A DNA stretch of 64,000 nucleotides from Rebecca billardiae RCC1528. Lineage: Eukaryota > Protista > Haptophyta. The position numbers and the translations under genes were made by a program. Shown here piece by piece: positions 57,425-64,000 of the stretch; the stretch's first letter is position 1; each line of letters opens with the position of its first letter. The notes below the pieces were generated by a model. The model was not told the DNA's origin. It did not search any database and was given only the letters and a program-made list of their open reading frames with translations. The stretch spans positions 62,001-126,000 of the forward strand of contig OZ251254.1 of NCBI GenBank assembly GCA_965240325.2, written 5' to 3'.

Positions 57425-60400
57425 ATGGCCGCCTCGTCCCTCCTCGCGAGCATGCTTCCTCCTCAGCAGCGGCGCGCAACTACCGCCCCGTCGCGCTCGC
57501 CGGGGAAGGTGTGCCGAGGCGGCGGAGGGCACCTTCTTCTGGCGCTCTGCGCAATCGTTGGACATCTGTGCTCCGCCAACGCTGCGATCGCGCCCCAGCC
57601 CTCACCGAGCCCGCCGCCAAGCCCACCACCGCCGCCGCCGCCGTCGCCGCCTCCAAGCCCGCCGCCATCGCCAACACCGCCGAGCCCTCCGCCACCGCCG
57701 CCGCCAGCGCCACCGCCAAGCCCTCCGCCGCCGCCACCGCCGTCGCCGCCTCCGAGCCCGCCGCCATCGCCACCCCCGCCGAGTCCGCCGCCGCCGCCAC
57801 CGCCAGCGCCACCACCGAGCCCTCCGCCGCCGCCTCCGTCGCCGCTATCGGGCCAGCAGCCGCAGCCTCCGCCGAGTCCGCCACCACCCAACCCGCCCCC
57901 GCCTCCGCCGCCGTCGCCGCCACCGAGCCCGCCGCCATCGCCACCGCCACCGAGCCCGCCGCCACCGCCGCCGCCAGCCCCGCCGCCGAGCCCTCCGCCG
58001 CCGCCTCCGTCGCCGCTATCGGGCCAGCAGCCGCAGCCTCCGCCGAGTCCGCCACCACCCAACCCGCCCCCGCCTCCGCCGCCGTCGCCGCCGCCGATGC
58101 CGCCGCCGAGCCCGCCGCCGCCGCCGCCGCCGATGCCGCCGCCGAGCCCTCCGCCGCCGCCGCCGCCGATGCCGCCGCCGAGCCCGCCGCCGCCGCCACC
58201 ACCGATGCCGCCGCCGAGCCCACCGCCACCGCCGCCGCCGATGCCGCCGCCGAGCCCCCCGCCGCCGCCGCCGCCGATGCCGCCGCCGAGCCCACCGCCA
58301 CCGCCGCCGCCGATGCCGCCACCGAGCCCGCCGCCACCGCCGCCGCCGATGCCGCCGCCGAGCCCCCCGCCGCCGCCGCCGCCGATGCCGCCGCCGAGCC
58401 CTCCGCCGAGCCCACCACCGGCCACGCCGCCTCCGCCACGAGCCGAGCCGCTCCCGCCACCCTCGCCGCCTTCGCCACCTCCGAGCCCGCCACCCCCGAG
58501 CTCGCCGCCACCGCCGCCGCCACCGAGCCCGCCGCCCTCACCGCCACCGCCGAGCCCGCCTCCCAGCCCGCCACCGCCACCGCCACCGAGCCCACCACCG
58601 AGCCCACCACCGCCACCGCCGCCAAGGCCGCCCCCTAGCTCGCCGCCGCCGCCGCCGCCATCACCGCCACCGAGCCCGCCGCCGCCGCCGCCGCCAAGCC
58701 CGCCTCCAAGCTCGCCACCACCGCCTCCGCCGAGCCCGCCGCCGAGCCCGCCACCCCCGCGCATGGGCTGCACCGACCCGTCCGCCGATAACTACGACTC
58801 GCTCGCCGTCGTGCTCGCGCCGGGCGAGTGCTTCTACGCCGTCCTGGGCTGCACCGACTCGACCGCCAAGAACTACCGCGCGGCCGCCAACACGGACGAC
58901 GGCTCGTGCGTGCCGTTCGTCCGCGGCTGCACGGCGAGCCGTGCGACCAACTACGACGTGTCTGCGAACACGGACGACGGCAGCTGCACGTACGCCATCC
59001 TCGGCTGCACCGACCCGACCGCGCTCAACTTCAACTCGGTCGCCAACACGGACGACGGCAGCTGCGTCCAGCCCGTCCCGGGCTGCACCGCCGCGGTCGC
59101 GCTCAACTTCCTCTCGACGGCCAACGTGGAGGACGGCAGCTGCGTGTACCCGGTGCTCGGCTGCACCGACTCGAGCGCGATCAACTACAACGCGGCGGCG
59201 AACTCGGATGACGGCGGCTGCATCCCCACCGTGCCCGGCTGCACGGCCGTGAGCGCGCTCAACTACAACTCGGCCGCGACGCTCGACGACGGCGGCTGCG
59301 TCTTCGCGGTGCTCGGCTGCACCGACCCGCTCAGCCCGAGCTACTCGCCCTCGGCGAACACGGACGACGGCAGCTGCGAGTACCCCGGCTGCACCAACTC
59401 CGAGGCCGTCAACTTCGACCCGACCGCCACGCGCACCGACTTCTCGTGCGTCGCGCACGTTGACGGCTGCGTCGACCCGGCAGCGGTCAACTACGTCTCC
59501 GCCGCCACGCGCCAGCCGGCCACCGTCAGCTGCCAGTACGCGGGCTGCACCAACAGCCTCGCCGTGAACTACGACCCGAGCGCGACGCTGCTCGACTCGA
59601 GCTGCACGTTCACGCGCGCCTCGGGCCGCGCATTCGTGCTCGGCTACCTCGGGGGCTGCGACGCGCTCGCCGACGCCGAGGTGCGCGACACGACGAGCGA
59701 CAACGGCGCGTACTCGCTCACGTACACGACCACCGCCTCCTTCGAGCTGCGCGCGGGCGCAGGCTGCACGGACCGGTACACGGACGAGGCACTCGCGTTC
59801 GAGCTGAGCGCGCCCGCTGGCTCGACCGTGATCACGCCGCTCACCACCGTGCTCACGGCGATGGTCGAGGTGCACGGCCTCACCGCGACGGCCGCGAGCG
59901 CGCGCGCGCGCACCGTCTTCCTCGACGGCGTCGACGCCGGCACCCAGATCGACATCTCGAGCTACAACGCCATCACGGGCGTGATCGGCGGCGATGTGGC
60001 GGCGTCACACGTGCTCGCGGCGCACCGGGCGATCAACGTCGCCGTCGCCGCCGTCACCTCCACGCTCGGCGGCGCGACGGCCGCGTCCGCACTCTCCGCG
60101 CTCGGCGCGCTCACCGCAGCGGATGCCGTGTACGACGCGTCGCAGCTCGAGGCGCTGATGGCGGACATGCTGGCCAATGTGCCGGGGCTGAGCGACCCCG
60201 GGGCCGGCGCGATCTCGAGCGCGTCGACGGCCGCGGCGGACGAGAGCACCACCTTCCGCAACGCGCTCATCTCCCGCCGGCGCAGCCGGCGCCTCCTCAC
60301 CGCCGAGCGCCGCCGCCTGCAGGGTGGCGGGCTTGGCGCGCTCGAGGCCGCGACAGGCGTGCCCGCACCGCTCGGCTGCACGGACGCGAGCGCGAGCAAC

Positions 60401-63400
60401 TTCGACTCGTCGGCGGTGGTGGACGACGGCACGTGCGCCGTCGAGGGGTGCACCGCCTCGAGCGCCACGAACTACAACGTCAAGGCCACCGTCGACGACG
60501 GCTCGTGCGTCTTCCCCGTCCCCGGCTGCACCGTCTCGGCCGCGGCCAACTACGACTCGGGCGCCGAGCTGGACGACGGCAGCTGCACGTTCGACGTGGT
60601 CGGCTGCACGAGCAGCACGGCGATCAACTACCTCTCGGCGGCGAACGTGGACAGCGGCGAGTGCATCGAGCCCGTGGCCGGCTGCACCTCGCCCAGCGCG
60701 AACAACTTCGACTCGGGCGCCACCGTTGACGACAGCAGCTGCGCGTTCGACGTCTCGGGCTGCACCGACACGGCGGCGGAGAACTTCAACGCCGCCGCGA
60801 CGCTCGACGACGGCTCGTGCGTGTACGCGGGCTGCACCAAGACGGCCGCGGAGAACTACGACTCGACGGCGGGGCTGAACAAGCCGGGCAGCTGCGTCTT
60901 CGCCGTGCGCGGCTGCATGAGCTCGGCCGCGGCCAACTACCTCTCCGCCGCGACCGTGGACGACGGCAGCTGCGTGTACCAGGGCTGCACGGACACGGCC
61001 GCGACCAACTTCAACCCGACGGCCACCTCGAACGACGGCACGTGCACCTACCCGCGCCTCGGCTGCACCAGCTCGTACGCGACCAACTTCGTGCCCAACG
61101 CGGACACGGACGACGGCACGTGCGTCTTCCCCGGCTGCACAGACACGGCCGCGACCAACTACGACTCGAGCGCCAACACGGACGACTTCAGCTGCGTGCT
61201 CCCCATCGTCGGCTGCACGGCGACGGACGCGCTCAACTACGACTCGGAGGCGGACGTGGACAGCGGCACGTGCGTGGTCCCCGGCTGCACGGACAGCATC
61301 GCGACCAACTACAACTCGCGCGCCACGCTGGACAGCTCGGACTGCACCTACCCGCCGCCGCCCAGCCCGCCGCCCCTTCCGCCGCCGAGCCCGCCGCCAC
61401 CGAGCCCGCCGCCGCCGCCGCCGAGCCCGCCGCCATCGCCACCACCGCCGAGCCCGCCACCGCCGCCGCCGCCTCCAAGCCCGCCGCCATCTCCACCACC
61501 GTCGAGCCCGCCACCGCCGCCGCCGCCTCCGAGCCCGCCGCCATCGCCAACACCGCCGAGCCCTCCGCCACCGCCGCCGCCAGCGCCACCGCCAAGCCCT
61601 CCGCCGCCGCCACCGCCGTCGCCGCCTCCGAGCCCGCCGCCATCGCCACCCCCGCCGAGCCCGCCGCCGCCGCCACCGCCAGCGCCACCACCGAGCCCTC
61701 CGCCGCCGCCTCCGTCGCCGCTATCGGGCCAGCAGCCGCAGCCTCCGCCGAGTCCGCCACCACCCAACCCGCCCCCGCCTCCGCCGCCGTCGCCGCCACC
61801 GAGCCCGCCGCCATCGCCACCGCCACCGAGCGCGCCGCCACCGCCGCCACCAGCCCCGCCGCCGAGCCCTCCGCCTCCGCCTCCGTCGCCGCTGTCGGGC
61901 CAGCAGCCGCAGCCTCCGCCGAGTCCGCCACCACCCAACCCGCCCCCGCCTCCGCCGCCGTCGCCGCCACCGAGCCCGCCGCCATCGCCACCGCCACCGA
62001 GCCCGCCGCCACCGCCGCCGCCAGCCCCGCCGCCGAGCCCTCCGCCGCCGCCTCCGTCGCCGCTGTCGGGCCAGCAGCCGCAGCCTCCGCCGAGTCCGCC
62101 ACCACCCAACCCGCCCCCGCCTCCGCCGCCGTCGCCGCCACCGAGCCCGCCGCCATCGCCACCGCCACCGAGCCCGCCGCCACCGCCGCCGCCAGCCCCG
62201 CCGCCGAGCCCTCCGCCACCGCCTCCGTCGCCGCTGTCGGGCCAGCAGCCGCAGCCTCCGCCGAGTCCGCCGCCACCCAACCCGCCCCCGCCTCCGCCGC
62301 CGTCGCCGCCACCGAGCCCGCCGCCATCGCCACCGCCACCGAGCCCGCCGCCGAGCTCGCCGCCACCGCCACCACCATCCCCGCCGCCAAGCTCGCCACC
62401 GCCACCGCCACCGAGCCCGCCACCCAGCTCGCCGCCACCGCCGCCGCCATCACCGCCGCCAAGCTCACCACCGCCGCCGCCGCCGAGCCCGCCGCCTAGC
62501 TCGCCGCCGCCGCCGCCGCCGAGCCCGCCGCCGAGTTCGCCGCCGCCGCCGCCACCGAGCCCGCCACCAAGCTCGCCACCACCGCCGCCGCCAAGCCCGC
62601 CACCCAGCTCGCCACCGCCACCACCGCCGAGCCCGCCACCCAGCTCGCCGCCGCCGCCACCGCCGAGCCCGCCGCCGAGCTCGCCACCACCGCCGCCGCC
62701 GAGCCCGCCGCCGAGCTCGCCGCCGCCGCCACCGCCGAGCCCGCCACCCAGCTCGCCACCGCCGCCACCACCGAGCCCGCCACCGAGCTCGCCGCCGCCG
62801 CCGCCGCCGAGCCCGCCACCCAGCTCGCCACCGCCACCACCGCCGAGCCCGCCACCCAGCTCGCCGCCGCCGCCGCCGCCGAGCCCTCCTCCAAGCTCGC
62901 CACCACCGCCGCCGCCGAGCCCGCCACCCAGCTCGCCACCACCGCCGCCGCCAAGTCCACCGCCGAGCTCGCCACCGCCGCCGCCGCCAAGTCCACCGCC
63001 GAGCTCGCCACCGCCGCCGCCGCCAAGCCCGCCACCCAGCTTGCCACCGCCGCCGCCACCGAGCCCGCCGCCGAGCTCGCCACCGCCGCCGCCGCCGAGC
63101 CCGCCGCCGAGCTCGCCGCCGCCGCCACCGCCGAGCCCGCCACCCAGCTCGCCGCCGCCGCCACCACCGAGCCCGCCACCGAGCTCGCCGCCGCCGCCGC
63201 CGCCGAGCCCGCCACCCAGCTCGCCACCGCCACCACCGCCGAGCCCGCCACCCAGCTCGCCACCGCCGCCGCCACCGAGCCCACCGCCCAGCTCGCCACC
63301 GCCGCCGCCGCCGAGCCCGCCGCCGAGCTCGCCGCCGCCGCCGCCGCCGAGCCCGCCACCCAGCTCGCCGCCGCCGCCGCCACCGAGCCCGCCGCCCAGC

Positions 63401-64000
63401 TCGCCACCGCCGCCGCCGCCGAGCCCGCCGCCGAGCTCGCCGCCGCCGCCACCGCCGAGCCCGCCGCCCAGCTCGCCACCGCCGCCGCCGCCGAGCCCGC
63501 CGCCGAGCTCGCCGCCGCCGCCACCGCCGAGCCCGCCACCCAGCTCGCCGCCGCCGCCACCACCGAGCCCGCCGCCGCCGCCGAGCCCACCACCAGCCTT
63601 GCCGCCTCCGCCGCGAGTCGATCCGCTCCCGCCACCCTCGCCGCCTTCGCCACCTCCGAGCCCGCCGCCCCCGAGCTCGCCGCCGCCGCCGCCACCACCG
63701 AGCCCGCCGCCATCACTGCCACCGAGCTCGCCGCCGCCGCCGCCACCGAGCCCACCGCCCTCACCGCCGCCGAGCTCGCCGCCGCCACCGCCGCCAAGCC
63801 CATCTCCAAGCTCGCCACCACCGCCTCCGCCGAGCCCGCCGCCGAGCCCGCCACCCCCGCGCATGGGCTGCACCGACCCGTCCGCCGACAACTACGACTC
63901 GCTTGCCGTCGTGCTCGCGCCGGGCGAGTGCTTCTACGCCGTCCTGGGCTGCACCGACTCGACCGCCAAGAACTACCGCGCGGCCGCCAACACGGACGAC
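57425..64000 (+). CDS. Giant secreted/surface protein with extensin-like Ser-Pro tracts and GCTD...NY...A..DDGSC repeats; 3' end outside window
   Basis: The frame runs off the window, so it is absent from the track. Hydrophobic LLLALCAIVGHLCSANA precedes SPPPP tracts (~57595-58760, ~61350-63860). Cys repeats lie at ~58763-59610, ~60370-61350 and from 63863 on. The start is uncertain; an in-frame ATG also exists at 57293. Confidence 0.85.
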   Translation, partial: MAASSLLASMLPPQQRRATTAPSRSPGKVCRGGGGHLLLALCAIVGHLCSANAAIAPQPSPSPPPSPPPPPPPSPPPSPPPSPTPPSPPPPPPPAPPPSPPPPPPPSPPPSPPPSPPPPSPPPPPPPAPPPSPPPPPPSPLSGQQPQPPPSPPPPNPPPPPPPSPPPSPPPSPPPPSPPPPPPPAPPPSPPPPPPSPLSGQQPQPPPSPPPPNPPPPPPPSPPPMPPPSPPPPPPPMPPPSPPPPPPPMPPPSPPPPPPPMPPPSPPPPPPPMPPPSPPPPPPPMPPPSPPPPPPPMPPPSPPPPPPPMPPPSPPPPPPPMPPPSPPPSPPPATPPPPRAEPLPPPSPPSPPPSPPPPSSPPPPPPPSPPPSPPPPSPPPSPPPPPPPSPPPSPPPPPPPRPPPSSPPPPPPSPPPSPPPPPPPSPPPSSPPPPPPSPPPSPPPPRMGCTDPSADNYDSLAVVLAPGECFYAVLGCTDSTAKNYRAAANTDDGSCVPFVRGCTASRATNYDVSANTDDGSCTYAILGCTDPTALNFNSVANTDDGSCVQPVPGCTAAVALNFLSTANVEDGSCVYPVLGCTDSSAINYNAAANSDDGGCIPTVPGCTAVSALNYNSAATLDDGGCVFAVLGCTDPLSPSYSPSANTDDGSCEYPGCTNSEAVNFDPTATRTDFSCVAHVDGCVDPAAVNYVSAATRQPATVSCQYAGCTNSLAVNYDPSATLLDSSCTFTRASGRAFVLGYLGGCDALADAEVRDTTSDNGAYSLTYTTTASFELRAGAGCTDRYTDEALAFELSAPAGSTVITPLTTVLTAMVEVHGLTATAASARARTVFLDGVDAGTQIDISSYNAITGVIGGDVAASHVLAAHRAINVAVAAVTSTLGGATAASALSALGALTAADAVYDASQLEALMADMLANVPGLSDPGAGAISSASTAAADESTTFRNALISRRRSRRLLTAERRRLQGGGLGALEAATGVPAPLGCTDASASNFDSSAVVDDGTCAVEGCTASSATNYNVKATVDDGSCVFPVPGCTVSAAANYDSGAELDDGSCTFDVVGCTSSTAINYLSAANVDSGECIEPVAGCTSPSANNFDSGATVDDSSCAFDVSGCTDTAAENFNAAATLDDGSCVYAGCTKTAAENYDSTAGLNKPGSCVFAVRGCMSSAAANYLSAATVDDGSCVYQGCTDTAATNFNPTATSNDGTCTYPRLGCTSSYATNFVPNADTDDGTCVFPGCTDTAATNYDSSANTDDFSCVLPIVGCTATDALNYDSEADVDSGTCVVPGCTDSIATNYNSRATLDSSDCTYPPPPSPPPLPPPSPPPPSPPPPPPSPPPSPPPPSPPPPPPPPSPPPSPPPSSPPPPPPPPSPPPSPTPPSPPPPPPPAPPPSPPPPPPPSPPPSPPPSPPPPSPPPPPPPAPPPSPPPPPPSPLSGQQPQPPPSPPPPNPPPPPPPSPPPSPPPSPPPPSAPPPPPPAPPPSPPPPPPSPLSGQQPQPPPSPPPPNPPPPPPPSPPPSPPPSPPPPSPPPPPPPAPPPSPPPPPPSPLSGQQPQPPPSPPPPNPPPPPPPSPPPSPPPSPPPPSPPPPPPPAPPPSPPPPPPSPLSGQQPQPPPSPPPPNPPPPPPPSPPPSPPPSPPPPSPPPSSPPPPPPSPPPSSPPPPPPSPPPSSPPPPPPSPPPSSPPPPPPSPPPSSPPPPPPSPPPSSPPPPPPSPPPSSPPPPPPSPPPSSPPPPPPSPPPSSPPPPPPSPPPSSPPPPPPSPPPSSPPPPPPSPPPSSPPPPPPSPPPSSPPPPPPSPPPSSPPPPPPSPPPSSPPPPPPSPPPSSPPPPPPSPPPSSPPPPPPSPPPSSPPPPPPSPPPSSPPPPPPSPPPSLPPPPPPSPPPSSPPPPPPSPPPSSPPPPPPSPPPSSPPPPPPSPPPSSPPPPPPSPPPSSPPPPPPSPPPSSPPPPPPSPPPSSPPPPPPSPPPSSPPPPPPSPPPSSPPPPPPSPPPSSPPPPPPSPPPSSPPPPPPSPPPSSPPPPPPSPPPSSPPPPPPSPPPSSPPPPPPSPPPPPSPPPALPPPPRVDPLPPPSPPSPPPSPPPPSSPPPPPPPSPPPSLPPSSPPPPPPSPPPSPPPSSPPPPPPSPSPSSPPPPPPSPPPSPPPPRMGCTDPSADNYDSLAVVLAPGECFYAVLGCTDSTAKNYRAAANTDD

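Noticed and set aside
57463-63891. Glycine-rich minus-strand ORFs and Ala/Thr-rich plus-strand ORFs
   Set aside because: They are antisense or shifted shadows of the Ser-Pro tracts. Only one plus frame carries the GCTD repeats continuously.

Overview
This is a very GC-rich, intron-poor eukaryotic window. Composition and gene style suggest an alga such as a pavlovophyte haptophyte, which is inference only. Most ORFs in the track are shadow frames caused by the GC bias. Supportable genes are: a PX-domain protein (partial), a spliced SAM-methyltransferase-like gene, a sulfotransferase, two F-box/RCC1 paralogues, a DUF829/TMEM53 hydrolase, a small beta-thymosin/WH2 protein, a FIST-LON fusion, a kinesin/hydrolase/WW/RING/YEATS fusion, UPF3, an LRR protein, a GRF-ZnF POLQ/HELQ-like helicase with no polymerase domain, and a giant secreted Ser-Pro/GCTD-repeat protein that runs off the window. 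Between genes lie a non-autonomous hAT element with TIRs and an 8-bp TSD, two other TIR element families, a foldback repeat, a satellite that reverses polarity, and direct-inverted-direct rearrangements. No rRNA, tRNA or CRISPR array was recognised.
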